Notes under the pieces: generated by a model | What the model saw: only the letters and a program-made list of their open reading frames with translations | The model's database searches: none | Told to the model about the DNA's origin: nothing | Position numbers and translations under genes: made by a program | NCBI GenBank assembly: GCA_015064685.1 | Contig: SVRT01000011.1 | Location: forward strand, 9,401-73,400 | Reading direction: 5' to 3' | Source of the DNA: Oscillospiraceae bacterium | GTDB lineage: Bacteria > Bacillota > Clostridia > Oscillospirales > CAG-272 | Length of the DNA: 64,000 nt | In this document: positions 1 through 9,841 of the stretch, piece after piece | Layout: each line of letters starts with the position of its first letter | Numbering within the stretch: the stretch's first letter is position 1

Positions 1-108
1 AGTCAGGACGGAGCCTTCGTCATTCTCTGCGGATACTGAAATAACCGCTAACGTACAGATAAGCACCGCAAGGAATGCGACAGACAATATTTTTTTTATA
101 CCCCTCAT
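1..108 (-). CDS. 5' end of a gene for an exported protein (signal peptide only; the gene runs off the left edge of the window)
   Basis: Reverse-strand ATG at 108 with GGGAGGA a few nt upstream. Translation MRGIKKILSVAFLAVLICTLAVISVSAENDEGSVLT has a basic n-region, a hydrophobic core and a VSA/E cleavage-like site. It is absent from the ORF track because it is truncated. Confidence 0.5.
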   Translation of the reverse strand, partial: MRGIKKILSVAFLAVLICTLAVISVSAENDEGSVLT

Positions 109-280
109 AATATCCTCCCAAATTGTTTTTTCTGTATCAATTATATTGACCCGAGGGGTAAAATATTACGCTGTTTTCCTATATCTTCCGTGTCAGTTTT
201 TCTACAAGTTACAAATTATTCGCAAATTCCCACCAATTGTGTGGTATAATCTAAAGGTCAGTAACAATTATGGAGGCAAA

Positions 281-1219
281 ATGGATTTCAAAATATGCAA
301 GGAGGACGCGGGACTTACTGTGCTGTCCTTTCTAAAGAAAAAGCTCAAAATATCAAATTCCGCGCTCACCTCGCTCAAGCAGATCGATATGGGAATCGCC
401 GCAAACGGCAATCACGTTACTGTAAGATATATCCTTTGCGAGAACGATATTCTTTCGATAATGGAAAAAGACACATTTGCCGATGTAAACGAAGCAGTCG
501 AGCCACACGAAATCCCCTTAAAAATCTTACTTGAGACCGACGACCTTTTCATTATCGACAAGCCCCCATTTATGCCTACTCACCCGTCCCATAATCACAC
601 GGATGATACTCTTGCCAACGCTTTGGCATACATCTACGAAAAACGCGGCGAGCCCCTTGTTTTCCGTCCGATAGGAAGGCTTGACAGAAATACAAGCGGA
701 CTCTCACTTGTCGCAAAAAACGTTATCTCCGCGTCGTTTCTCCATCACGCGCGTTTGCGCGGACTTATGCAAAAGAAATACATAGCTCTGCTCGACGGAT
801 GCATCTCAAACGATACGGAATGGCACACCACCACGACGTATATGAAGCGTATGAAGGATAGCGTTATCGTCAGATGCATAGGTGATCCCGACGATCCTGA
901 GGCCTTCATTGCAATAACGCACTGGAGAGTCATTTTTGCAAACGAAAAAATCAGTCTAGTTGAAGCGATCCCCGAGACTGGCCGTACGCATCAGCTTCGC
1001 GTCAATTTTGCCTATTTAGGTCACGCGATTCTCGGAGACGATATATACGGAAGCGCAAGTCCCTTAATAGCCCGTCACGCACTCCACGCATATAGCCTGA
1101 CCGTTCCTATGCCGTACACCGACGAGCAAACTACATTTTGCTCCCTGCCTCCCGAGGATATGCAAAAGTGCTTCAAGGAATTGACGGATAGAGATCTGAC
1201 AACAGAAATAAACATCTGA
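281..1219 (+). CDS. RluA-family pseudouridine synthase (RluD-like)
   Basis: ORF 146..1219. Start moved to ATG 281 because GGAGG lies at 272-276. Catalytic loop GRLDRNTSGLSL and TGRTHQLRVNFAYLGHAILGD are typical of the RluA family. Confidence 0.85.
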   Translation: MDFKICKEDAGLTVLSFLKKKLKISNSALTSLKQIDMGIAANGNHVTVRYILCENDILSIMEKDTFADVNEAVEPHEIPLKILLETDDLFIIDKPPFMPTHPSHNHTDDTLANALAYIYEKRGEPLVFRPIGRLDRNTSGLSLVAKNVISASFLHHARLRGLMQKKYIALLDGCISNDTEWHTTTTYMKRMKDSVIVRCIGDPDDPEAFIAITHWRVIFANEKISLVEAIPETGRTHQLRVNFAYLGHAILGDDIYGSASPLIARHALHAYSLTVPMPYTDEQTTFCSLPPEDMQKCFKELTDRDLTTEINI

Positions 1220-1232
1220 AAAGGAAATAATT

Positions 1233-2441
1233 ATGGATAACAATCAAATAGAAAAAACGGTAGACATCAGCACGGATCAAATTATTGGAGCAGATGATTT
1301 CAATTCATTACCGCCTGATGAAAAGGTCAAATGGAAAAAATTCGATCCAAAGTATGAAAGAATACCGCTTTGGAGCATAATCTCGCTTAGCTTGCTTCTC
1401 TTTTCCGCAATTCTTTACGTAATAATATGCTTAAGCCCGACATTTGCAGACTTTTTTAATAAAAACATTAGCGGAGTATTCAGATTTTTGCTTGCACAGA
1501 TTACAAATATTCTTCCGTTCTCTTTGGCAGAATCGGCACTTCTGCTCATTCCCGTAATTTTGTTTGTCGCAATAAGATACGTGTGGAAATACAGATGTAA
1601 CACCCACAGATCCACAATTGTAACCATCGTCTGTATTTTCTCGATAGCATCCTTGTTTATCTCTAGCTTTGTTCTGGTATTCTCTGCCGGGTACAGAGGA
1701 ACAAAGCTCGACGATAAGCTTGGAATCCAGTCAGATCCCGTGAGCGCAAATGATTTGTATAATTCTGCTCTTTACCTCTCAGGCGAAATAAACAAGCTCG
1801 TTCCCGAGGTCGAATATGGCGAGGACGGTTTTTCAATTATGCCATACTCGATAGCCGAAATGAACAACAAGCTCCTCGACGCATACAAAAGCTTCAGCGC
1901 AAAGCACAGCTTTATCAACACCTTCCACAGTCGCCTTAAGCCCGTGCTTTTGAGCGAGGGAATGTCATATGCGCACATCACCGGTATATACACGTTCTTC
2001 ACGGGTGAATCAAACATAAATGTCGGTTTTCCGGATTACACGATTCCCTTTACCGCGGCGCATGAGCTTGCTCATCAAAGAGGCATCGCAAGAGAAGATG
2101 AAGCAAATATGATTGCCTTCCTCGTGTGTATGGAATCTGATGACACATATATAAGATATTGCGCATACGTAAACATGTACGAATACGTTGCCAACGCTCT
2201 GTATAGCGCGGATAAAAAGCTTTTCCGAAAGGCAGATGCCACACTTGACACAAGTGTGTATAACGAGCAGGTAGCATACAGTCAATTTTTCAAAAAATAT
2301 CAGAAGTCGGTAACCAGCCAAATAAGCGGAACCGTTAACGACATATATCTCCAATCGCAAGGCACAGTTGGAAGAAAGAGCTACGGAATGGTTGTCGACC
2401 TTACCGTTGCATACCTCAAGAATCTGGGACACATAGAATAA
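1233..2441 (+). CDS. Membrane zinc metallopeptidase-like protein (DUF3810-like, HExxH)
   Basis: Hydrophobic helices are present in the N-terminal half. The HExxH motif AAHELAHQRG is followed by EDEAN. The architecture resembles the DUF3810 family. Confidence 0.6.
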   Translation: MDNNQIEKTVDISTDQIIGADDFNSLPPDEKVKWKKFDPKYERIPLWSIISLSLLLFSAILYVIICLSPTFADFFNKNISGVFRFLLAQITNILPFSLAESALLLIPVILFVAIRYVWKYRCNTHRSTIVTIVCIFSIASLFISSFVLVFSAGYRGTKLDDKLGIQSDPVSANDLYNSALYLSGEINKLVPEVEYGEDGFSIMPYSIAEMNNKLLDAYKSFSAKHSFINTFHSRLKPVLLSEGMSYAHITGIYTFFTGESNINVGFPDYTIPFTAAHELAHQRGIAREDEANMIAFLVCMESDDTYIRYCAYVNMYEYVANALYSADKKLFRKADATLDTSVYNEQVAYSQFFKKYQKSVTSQISGTVNDIYLQSQGTVGRKSYGMVVDLTVAYLKNLGHIE

Positions 2442-2454
2442 TAACAGCAAAGCA

Positions 2455-2483
2455 AAAGGACGGTCGAAAAACCGTCCTTTTTT
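2455..2483. terminator. Bidirectional intrinsic terminator between convergent genes
   Basis: Perfect 10-bp stem aaaggacggt / accgtccttt with a 6-nt loop and flanking A/T runs. Confidence 0.75.
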
Positions 2484-2485
2484 GT

Positions 2486-3331
2486 TTATGCGTAGTATTT
2501 ATCAACTATTCCCTTGAGATATTCCATTGACCTTGCGATCTGCTCTGCCTGCTCTCCGTCGCGGATCTCACGTTCGATTGTAACGAAGCGATCGTATCCG
2601 AGAGAATGAAGCATCGAGAATACCTTCTCAAAGTCAACGTATCCCTCTCCGATGTTTACTTCCTTACCCAGCTTTTTGGGATCTGTGGGCGGCAGACCGT
2701 CTTTAGCGTGCATATTTCTTACGTACTTACCGTAAGTGTAAAGCGCATCGACGGGATTACCGAAGCCATACATGATTATGTTTCCGGTATCGAGATTGAT
2801 GAAGACGTTGTCAAGCCCAATATCCTCGATAAGTCTGAGAAGGCTTATCGGTGACTCTCCTCCCGTCTCAAAAAGAAAGTTCATACCGTTCTTTTTGAGC
2901 TCCTCAGCAATAACCCTTACTGCACACAACATTTCAGAGTACTCTCGCTCAAAAGGATTGTTCGGAATGTGTCCCGAATGAACTATCATATCGGTTACAC
3001 CCAATCTCTTCATAAAAGGAATGACCGACAGAACATAATTCGTGCGGCTTTCACGGAAAGCGGAAACGTTCAATCCTGTATTGTAAAAAGCAAAGTAATT
3101 ATCGAATTTGGAATAGGGATCGCGGTAGCCTGCAAATTGGGCGGAGATCTCTATTCCGTACTTATCTGCATATTCTCTTATTACATCGGCATCCTCAAGC
3201 TTATAGACAGCCGGCTTGTAGACGAGCTGACAGGAATCAAATCCCATCTTCTTAATCTCCGAGAATTTTTCCTCACACGCGGTGGCAATATCTGCCCCCT
3301 CGGGAATTCTCACAAAAGTTCCGTACTTCAT
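2486..3331 (-). CDS. Sugar phosphate isomerase/epimerase (xylose isomerase-like TIM barrel)
   Basis: ORF 2486..3376. The likely start is MKYGTF at 3331, 13 nt after the upstream stop. The sequence has TIM-barrel-type features (IVHSGH, FLFETGGES, HAKDG). Confidence 0.75.
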   Translation of the reverse strand: MKYGTFVRIPEGADIATACEEKFSEIKKMGFDSCQLVYKPAVYKLEDADVIREYADKYGIEISAQFAGYRDPYSKFDNYFAFYNTGLNVSAFRESRTNYVLSVIPFMKRLGVTDMIVHSGHIPNNPFEREYSEMLCAVRVIAEELKKNGMNFLFETGGESPISLLRLIEDIGLDNVFINLDTGNIIMYGFGNPVDALYTYGKYVRNMHAKDGLPPTDPKKLGKEVNIGEGYVDFEKVFSMLHSLGYDRFVTIEREIRDGEQAEQIARSMEYLKGIVDKYYA

Positions 3332-3344
3332 ACGCTCATCCCTA

Positions 3345-4433
3345 TCAGTTCTTTGCGTTAGCGAACATCTCTTCAACCGTTACAGCGCGTCCGATAGAGC
3401 TTGAAAGCTTTGCGGCATCAACGGCAACCTGGCTGTAAAGACCCTCGGAGATAGTTGCTGCATACTCATCCCTATTACCCATAAGAAGATCGACGAACGA
3501 GCGACTCTGTCCGCGCGCCTTAAACTCTGCGGGAACCTCAAGCTCCTCAAAGGTGTTCGTTGCGATATTGTCACCCGTACAGCGAAGGAGTACCTGCTTG
3601 CCCTTATCGTAAATAAAGCGAAGCGCACCCTTTGAGCCTATTACGTAGAATTCGATCAGATCCTTTTCCGTTGTAACTGTTCTCGAGAGAGAAACTCTTG
3701 CGCTTATGCCACTCTTGAGCATACAAACTATCTCTGCCCAGTCGTCGGTGGTAACATCGCCCCACTCCTCAGATCCGATAAGCTGGCGGCGCTTTACAAT
3801 AGTTCCTCTGTCACAGTAGATCTTTTCGAACTCCTGACCGAAGAATCTGATTGTATCAAACATATGGGATCCCAGGTCACAAAGAACACCCGAGCTTGCT
3901 CTTTCCTCACGGAATCTCCACTCCATACGGCGACCCTTCCAAAGTCCGCTATCCTTTATGCAGTTTATATACATATGGTAGATCTCTCCGATCTCACCCT
4001 GGTCAATAAGATACTTCATATAGCGCGGAAAATCGCGATAACGCCAAGAGAAACAAACGAAAACGGGAAGTCCCTTTTCTTTAGCCTTCTTCTCAATAGC
4101 CAAGCTCTGATCGAAATCCATTCCGATCGGCTTTTCAACGCTTACCGCAAGTCCTGCATCGAGCGCTGCCAAAGCGATCTCAGCATGAACGTCGTTAGAA
4201 GTACAAATATCAACCGCATCAACAAGACCGCTGGCGATAAGTTCACGGTAATCGTAAAATCTGTTCTCCGCGGGGATATTGAGTCTGTCACCAGTCTTAT
4301 TTAAAGCATTAGCATCAATATCACAGACCGCGGTGATCTCGCAATCGTCCATACAGTTCTCAAGATAGCTCGGGATATGAGCAGCGTTACATATTCCACC
4401 CGTACCGATAAGTCCAATTCTGATCTTTTTCAT
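3345..4433 (-). CDS. Gfo/Idh/MocA family oxidoreductase
   Basis: N-terminal Rossmann motif IGLIGTGGICN and the EKP motif (VSVEKPIG). Confidence 0.85.
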   Translation of the reverse strand: MKKIRIGLIGTGGICNAAHIPSYLENCMDDCEITAVCDIDANALNKTGDRLNIPAENRFYDYRELIASGLVDAVDICTSNDVHAEIALAALDAGLAVSVEKPIGMDFDQSLAIEKKAKEKGLPVFVCFSWRYRDFPRYMKYLIDQGEIGEIYHMYINCIKDSGLWKGRRMEWRFREERASSGVLCDLGSHMFDTIRFFGQEFEKIYCDRGTIVKRRQLIGSEEWGDVTTDDWAEIVCMLKSGISARVSLSRTVTTEKDLIEFYVIGSKGALRFIYDKGKQVLLRCTGDNIATNTFEELEVPAEFKARGQSRSFVDLLMGNRDEYAATISEGLYSQVAVDAAKLSSSIGRAVTVEEMFANAKN

Positions 4434-4616
4434 CGTTGACCTCCAATTAAATATTAGAATTCCGCAGGAAACCCTGTATTTACATTATAAATGACATTGC
4501 GTTCATACGCAAGTGAGCATTTGAGCAAAAAATAGTATTATTCGATTTTTTTGCACTTACATATTGACCTTTTGCGATATTTGATGTAAAATAAGCTCAA
4601 AGGAGGTGTTTTCCCT

Positions 4617-5423
4617 TTGAATAAAATAAAAATCAGCGATCTTCAATTTGTAGATTTCGATGTAAAAGGCATTAAAGGCTCAATAGCTAACTTTCCAACA
4701 AATATAGAAACTGATTATTTGAACGAAGGTCGTCAGCGCTTTCTTATACATCTGCTCACAGACGGAACAAGAATATACAGTACCGATAAAGAACGTTTAA
4801 CCGTAACCTCGGGAATGATACTATTTCTCCCGAACGGAATGAAGTACCACACAAAACCCGTTGATTTGGGAGAACATCTTTGTAAAGGATTAAGCGTGAT
4901 ATTCGATATGGTGGATTCAGACGGCAAGGAGCTACTCATCGACAACGATACTATTCACGCCTGGCAGGATCACCAGGACAAATACAAGGAGCTTTGCGTG
5001 AAAATTTTAAAATGCACACTGAGAGAGCCGGATAATATACTCAAGATCAAAAGTCTGCTTTTGCGGCTTTTAACAGAATTGACTCGGGAGAACAAAGTTA
5101 CACCTCCGCAGGAATTGATCCCGGCATTTGAGTGCATCTCATCTCGTTTTAAAGAAAATCTTCCCGTTAAAGTGTACGCGGATAAATGTCACATGAGTGA
5201 AAGCTACTTCAGAAAAAGATTCACAGAGTATGCCGGAAGATCTCCGATCCAGTATCGGAACGAGTTGCGTTTCGCTGAAGCCAGGCGACTCTATTCCGAG
5301 GGACTGTCGATAAATGAGATAGCCTGCGAGCTCGGTTTTTTCGATGCCGGATATTTCTCAAAGCTCTACAAAAAAGCCAACGGACACTCACTGAAAAGCG
5401 AAATGGATAAGGGCATGATCTAA
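4617..5423 (+). CDS. AraC family transcriptional regulator
   Basis: TTG start with AAGGAGGTG upstream. C-terminal HTH_18-type region (YFRKRFTEYAGRSPIQYRNELR ... GFFDAGYFSKLYKK). It is divergent from the oxidoreductase/isomerase pair. Confidence 0.85.
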   Translation: MNKIKISDLQFVDFDVKGIKGSIANFPTNIETDYLNEGRQRFLIHLLTDGTRIYSTDKERLTVTSGMILFLPNGMKYHTKPVDLGEHLCKGLSVIFDMVDSDGKELLIDNDTIHAWQDHQDKYKELCVKILKCTLREPDNILKIKSLLLRLLTELTRENKVTPPQELIPAFECISSRFKENLPVKVYADKCHMSESYFRKRFTEYAGRSPIQYRNELRFAEARRLYSEGLSINEIACELGFFDAGYFSKLYKKANGHSLKSEMDKGMI

Positions 5424-5488
5424 CACTCTTATTTAAAAAGGTAACATCCCTCAGTCAACTTTTTCACACAAAGACAACTGTCAAAAAA

Positions 5489-5528
5489 TCGCCTCACGGC
5501 ATAAAATATCCGTGAGACGATTTTTTTA
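5489..5528 (+). terminator. Intrinsic terminator after the AraC gene
   Basis: Stem tcgcctcacgg / ccgtgagacga with one mismatch, followed by TTTTTTT. Confidence 0.7.
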
Positions 5529-5776
5529 TTTTTATGCATTTTTAATGTCGTACTATTCACTATATGTCTACAACGACATTATTTTTTAATTGTTTTAATT
5601 TTTTATTCTTTTTTTATTCATTTTATTCAGATTTGTATTTATTTTTTTAATTTTTTCTGCGTTTATTAACAATATCAAACAAATGTGCTTTATTTATATG
5701 TCATATATATCTCTATGTATGAAAAAATATTTTTTACAAAATATGTAAATAAATTATAAACTTTTGCATATTCATC

Positions 5777-5805
5777 TTTACATATTTATGCATATATGAT
5801 ATAAT
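5777..5805 (+). promoter_or_regulatory. Sigma-A type promoter for murA
   Basis: TTTACA, 17 nt spacer, TGaTATAAT. It would give a leader of about 125 nt before the murA ATG. Confidence 0.5.
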
Positions 5806-5935
5806 ATATACATCGCGACACGCAAGAAAATAATACAATTTTCGACATACTTCACCGGCGCTTTACTGCGACCGAGTTGCAAATAAAAACACCCCTCGCA
5901 GCTCACCCGGGCTACGAGAAAAACAGGAGGAAATT

Positions 5936-7231
5936 ATGGAACAGATCATCATCAACGGCGGCTCTCCCCTTTACGGCAACGTATCTATCGGCGGCATGAA
6001 AAATGCAGCCCTCCCTGTTATTTGTGCATGCGTTCTCAACGAGGAGGCATGCGTGATCGACAATATTCCTCCCGTCAGCGATATAGAAACCCTTCTCGAA
6101 ATCCTCTCAACTATGGGAGCATCGGTAAGACGTCTTACAAAATACTCCGTAGAGATCAACTGTAAGAATCTCGTTCCCTGCACCTCTCCTATGGAGCTTG
6201 CAAACAAGCTTCGCGGATCCTCATATCTCCTTGGTGCAGAGTTTGGAAGATTTGGAAAATCCAGTGTATCTCATCCCGGCGGATGCAGCATCGGCGCCCG
6301 TCCTCTCGACCTTCATATGAAAGCTTTCGAGGCACTCGGTGCAGACTGCACTCACAGAAACGGAAGACTCGAGGTCGAGGCTGAAAATGGCAGACCCGTC
6401 GGTAGTAGCATCTATTTCGATAAGGTCTCCGTAGGCGCAACCGCAAATGCTATCCTTGCATCCGTTCTTGCAGACGGTATCACAACTATAGACAATGCAG
6501 CTCGCGAGCCCCATATCGTTGACCTTGCGGTATTCCTCAATGCATGCGGCGCAATTATCACAGGCGCAGGAACTTCGGTTATCAAGGTTAAAGGCGTTGA
6601 AAAGCTCCACGGATGCCGTTATTCTATCATTCCCGACATGATCGAAGCAGGTACATATATGGCAGCAGTAGCCGCTACCGGAGGTCGCGTTACAGTAACC
6701 AACGTTATCCCCAAGCACCTTGAGGCTATCTCTTCAAAGCTCGAGGAGGCAGGCGCAACCGTTACGGTTGGAGATGACTTTGTTACAGTTGAAAGCACCG
6801 GTAAGCTCAAGGGTATCAATATAGTAACTCAGCCCTACCCCGGATTCGCAACAGATATGCAGGCACAGTTTGGAGCTATGCTCTGCTTCGCTGCGGGAAC
6901 GTCAACTATCACAGAGAATATATTTAATAGCAGATTCCAGTACACCGATGAGCTCTCCAAGATGGGAGCCGACATCAAGGTAGACGGAAACCACGCAACA
7001 ATCATCGGCGGAGCCAAGCTCTCGGGCGCTCCCCTTATGTCTCACGATCTTCGCGGAGGCGCGGCTATGGTCATAGCGGCACTTGCAACCGAGGATACTT
7101 CTGTAATCGAAGGCATCGACAAGATCGAGCGCGGATATCATAATATAGTTGGAAAGCTTCGCGATCTCGGCGCGAACATTCAAAAAAAAACAAGCTACAC
7201 GGACGAGCAGATCAGAGTTGCTTTCAACTAA
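5936..7231 (+). CDS. murA: UDP-N-acetylglucosamine 1-carboxyvinyltransferase
   Basis: Full-length MurA-like sequence. N-terminus INGGSPLYGNVSIGGMKNAALPV. Active-site Cys context HPGGCSIGARPLDLH. RBS AGGAGG. Confidence 0.95.
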   Translation: MEQIIINGGSPLYGNVSIGGMKNAALPVICACVLNEEACVIDNIPPVSDIETLLEILSTMGASVRRLTKYSVEINCKNLVPCTSPMELANKLRGSSYLLGAEFGRFGKSSVSHPGGCSIGARPLDLHMKAFEALGADCTHRNGRLEVEAENGRPVGSSIYFDKVSVGATANAILASVLADGITTIDNAAREPHIVDLAVFLNACGAIITGAGTSVIKVKGVEKLHGCRYSIIPDMIEAGTYMAAVAATGGRVTVTNVIPKHLEAISSKLEEAGATVTVGDDFVTVESTGKLKGINIVTQPYPGFATDMQAQFGAMLCFAAGTSTITENIFNSRFQYTDELSKMGADIKVDGNHATIIGGAKLSGAPLMSHDLRGGAAMVIAALATEDTSVIEGIDKIERGYHNIVGKLRDLGANIQKKTSYTDEQIRVAFN

Positions 7232-7253
7232 TAGCTTTTGATACATATCTTGA

Positions 7254-7282
7254 AAATGGCAGAGATCACTTCTCTGCCATTT
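7254..7282 (+). terminator. Hairpin after murA
   Basis: Perfect 11-bp stem aaatggcagag / ctctgccattt, but the trailing T-run is weak. Confidence 0.5.
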
Positions 7283-7304
7283 GTTAATAATACTCGGCTT
7301 GCAA

Positions 7305-7335
7305 TTCATAAAACAAAACACCCTCTCATATATTT
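7305..7335 (+). promoter_or_regulatory. Candidate sigma-E-type (mother cell) promoter for spoIVA
   Basis: TTCATAAA, about 15 nt, CATATATT resembles the sigma-E -35 (ATA-containing) and -10 (CATAcAnT) boxes as I recall them. B. subtilis spoIVA is sigma-E dependent. Confidence 0.35.
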
Positions 7336-7374
7336 TAGCGAAAACACATCGTCTAAAAATATGGGAGGATTTTT

Positions 7375-8853
7375 ATGGCAGAGCATTCTATTTATCAGGA
7401 CATAGCGCAAAGAACGGGCGGAGACATATACATCGGCGTTGTCGGTCCCGTCAGAACGGGCAAGTCGACCTTTATCAAAAGGTTTATGGAAGCATTGGTG
7501 CTTCCTAACATCAGCGAAGGATATTCGAGAGAACGCGCGAGAGACGAAATGCCTCAGAGCGCGGCAGGAAAAACGGTTATGACGACGGAACCCAAGTTCA
7601 TTCCCGACGAGGCGGTATCTATCAACGTTGACTCCTGCTCGACCTTCAGAGTAAAGATGGTCGATTGCGTCGGGTATATCGTTCCCGAAGCTCTCGGCAC
7701 GATCGAGGACGGACAGCCGCGAATGGTCCGCACCCCTTGGCGCGAGGAGCCCATGCCCTTCGTCGAGGCGGCGGAAATGGGTACTCATAAGGTAATAAGC
7801 GAGCATTCGACTATCGGTATGCTCATCACAACCGACGGAACTATCGGAGATATTTCAAGACAAAGCTACGTTGAGGCGGAAGAAAGAATAGTAAATGAGC
7901 TTAAGGCTCTCGGCAAGCCATTCGCGGTCATTCTCAACTCCGCGCGTCCGCAAAGTGACGATGCAATTGCACTCGCATACGAGCTTGAGGCAAAGTACGA
8001 GGTTCCGGTCGCGCTCGTCTCTTGTATCGATCTCGACGCAGAGGATATAAGGCATATACTCGAGCTCGTCCTTCACGAGTTTCCCGTCAGCGAGGTCAGA
8101 ATATCAATGCCCGAATGGACAACGGCACTCGATAACAGCCACAAGATCAAAGCATCCTTGCTTGAGGACATAAAGGAGTGCGCCGAGAAGATATCAAAGG
8201 CGGGAGACATTCAAAGCGCCTTCTCTTCTCTTTCCGAAAACGAATTTGTAAAGAGCGCCACGATAAATGAGATTGATCTTGGTACAGGTTGCGCGTGCGT
8301 GTCAGTCGTAATGAAGGACGGTCTTTACTACGACGTTATAAGCGAGCTAACAGGCTTCAACGTCAGCGGCGAGGAGGAGCTTATTTCCCTTCTCAAATCA
8401 CTCGCGGCAATGAAGGAAAGGTACGACAGAGTCGAGTCCGCGCTTGACGAAGCTGAAGAAAGAGGCTACGGAATAGTTATGCCCGACGTAAGAGAGCTGC
8501 ACCTCGCCGATCCCGAGATCGTTAAGCAGGCAGGCGGATACGGTGTCAGACTCCGCGCGTCCGCACAGTCAATTCACATGATAAGAGCCAATATAGAAAC
8601 AGAGATCAACCCAATAGTAGGTACGGAACAGCAATCCGAGGACCTCGTCAAATATATGCTCCACGAATTCGAGGAGGATCCTGCTCGTATTTGGAGCTCA
8701 AATATGTTCGGCAAAAGTCTTTATGAGCTTGTCAACGAGGGACTCCATTCGAAGCTCGAGCATATGCCTGAGGCATCGAGAACAAAGCTCTCCGAAACAC
8801 TTGAGCGCATTATCAATGAAGGAAGCGGCGGACTTATTTGCATAATTCTTTAA
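7375..8853 (+). CDS. spoIVA: Stage IV sporulation protein A (spore coat basement-layer ATPase)
   Basis: N-terminus IYQDIAQRTGGDIYIGVVGPVRTGKSTFIKRFME is the characteristic SpoIVA Walker A region. Length is 492 aa. Confidence 0.95.
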   Translation: MAEHSIYQDIAQRTGGDIYIGVVGPVRTGKSTFIKRFMEALVLPNISEGYSRERARDEMPQSAAGKTVMTTEPKFIPDEAVSINVDSCSTFRVKMVDCVGYIVPEALGTIEDGQPRMVRTPWREEPMPFVEAAEMGTHKVISEHSTIGMLITTDGTIGDISRQSYVEAEERIVNELKALGKPFAVILNSARPQSDDAIALAYELEAKYEVPVALVSCIDLDAEDIRHILELVLHEFPVSEVRISMPEWTTALDNSHKIKASLLEDIKECAEKISKAGDIQSAFSSLSENEFVKSATINEIDLGTGCACVSVVMKDGLYYDVISELTGFNVSGEEELISLLKSLAAMKERYDRVESALDEAEERGYGIVMPDVRELHLADPEIVKQAGGYGVRLRASAQSIHMIRANIETEINPIVGTEQQSEDLVKYMLHEFEEDPARIWSSNMFGKSLYELVNEGLHSKLEHMPEASRTKLSETLERIINEGSGGLICIIL

Positions 8854-8872
8854 GTAACATATTATGAATGTA

Positions 8873-8908
8873 GAAATCCAACACGGAAAGTGTTGGATTT
8901 TCTTTTTC
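8873..8908 (+). terminator. Intrinsic terminator after spoIVA
   Basis: Stem gaaatccaacac / gtgttggatttc-like followed by TTCTTTTT. Confidence 0.75.
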
Positions 8909-8921
8909 AACCATTATTTGA

Positions 8922-8950
8922 TTGAAAATAATCAATAGATGTGATATAAT
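8922..8950 (+). promoter_or_regulatory. Sigma-A type promoter for the NUDIX cassette
   Basis: TTGAAA, 17 nt, TGaTATAAT. An inverted repeat TTGATT-N6-AATCAA overlaps the -35 box. Confidence 0.5.
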
Positions 8951-9004
8951 GAATAATATGAAGAAACGACACTACATGTAACAGAACGATTATGAGGTAA
9001 AAAG

Positions 9005-9490
9005 ATGAATAAGGATATGTGTGTTCCCTGCGATGACGGCATATTGAATATCCGTGTAGGCGCAATTATTATGAAAGACGGAAAGATTCTGATGGTGGGT
9101 AATGAAAGAGACAACTATCTCTATTCTGTCGGTGGCAGAATAAAGTTTGGCGAAACCGCAGAAGAAGCCATTGTGCGTGAAGTGTTTGAAGAAACAGGCG
9201 TTAAGATGGAAGTAGGCCGCCTTGGTTTCGTACACGAAAACTATTTCTACGGCGATTCCCCGTTGAATCTCGGCAAGCTGATTTACGAGGTATGCTTCTA
9301 TTTCTATATGAAGACACCCGACGCCTTTGCCCCTCTAAGCCATAGCTTCACCGAGGGCAATACACGAGAATTCCTCAAATGGGTCTCACTCAACGAGGAC
9401 GTCAAGATATATCCTGAATTTTTCAGAACAGAACTTAAAAATCCAACGGATACAGTAAAGCATTTTGTTAATGATGAGAGGATAAGATGA
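9005..9490 (+). CDS. NUDIX hydrolase
   Basis: NUDIX box GGRIKFGETAEEAIVREVFEETGV. Confidence 0.85.
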   Translation: MNKDMCVPCDDGILNIRVGAIIMKDGKILMVGNERDNYLYSVGGRIKFGETAEEAIVREVFEETGVKMEVGRLGFVHENYFYGDSPLNLGKLIYEVCFYFYMKTPDAFAPLSHSFTEGNTREFLKWVSLNEDVKIYPEFFRTELKNPTDTVKHFVNDERIR

Positions 9491-9837
9491 AATACGATAA
9501 TGCTTTTTGGGAAATGGTAGACAAACTTGTCTCATCGGGAAAAGTCGTGATCGACAGACCAAAAGGAAGCTTTCATCCAAGATTTCCGAGTATAATATAT
9601 AAGGTAGATTACGGATATCTGGATAATACTTATTCCATGGACAGAGGCGGTATAGACGTTTGGATTGGCTCATTAGCCGAGAGGAAAGTAACCGCTATAA
9701 TATGCACCGTTGATTTGATGAAAAAAGACTCCGAAATAAAGCTTCTTATCGGTTGCACCGAGGAAGAAATAAATACTGTGTATGAATTTCATAACGATAG
9801 CGAGCTAATGAAAGGAATTCTAATTCGCAGAGGGTAA
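9487..9837 (+). CDS. Small inorganic-pyrophosphatase-like protein
   Basis: YKVDYGYLDNTYSMDRGGIDVWIG resembles the Y-x-x-NYG-x-I-x-x-T...DGD-x-x-DV core of family I PPases. The start overlaps the upstream stop (ATGA). Confidence 0.45.
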   Translation: MKYDNAFWEMVDKLVSSGKVVIDRPKGSFHPRFPSIIYKVDYGYLDNTYSMDRGGIDVWIGSLAERKVTAIICTVDLMKKDSEIKLLIGCTEEEINTVYEFHNDSELMKGILIRRG

Positions 9838-9841
9838 GAAT

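Noticed and set aside
146-280. N-terminal 45-codon extension of the pseudouridine synthase ORF
   Set aside because: The ATG at 281 has a GGAGG RBS and begins the conserved S4-like domain. The extension is hydrophobic, low-quality sequence overlapping the likely promoter.
5564-5650. 28-codon Phe-rich ORF (MSTTTLFFNCFNFLFFFYSFYSDLYLFF) that looks like a type I toxin-like hydrophobic peptide
   Set aside because: Its composition is a direct consequence of reading through phased T-tracts. There is no Shine-Dalgarno sequence and no antisense RNA signals. I treat it as non-coding.
6221-6718. 165-aa minus-strand ORF inside murA
   Set aside because: It is antisense to murA and Cys-rich, with no translation signals.
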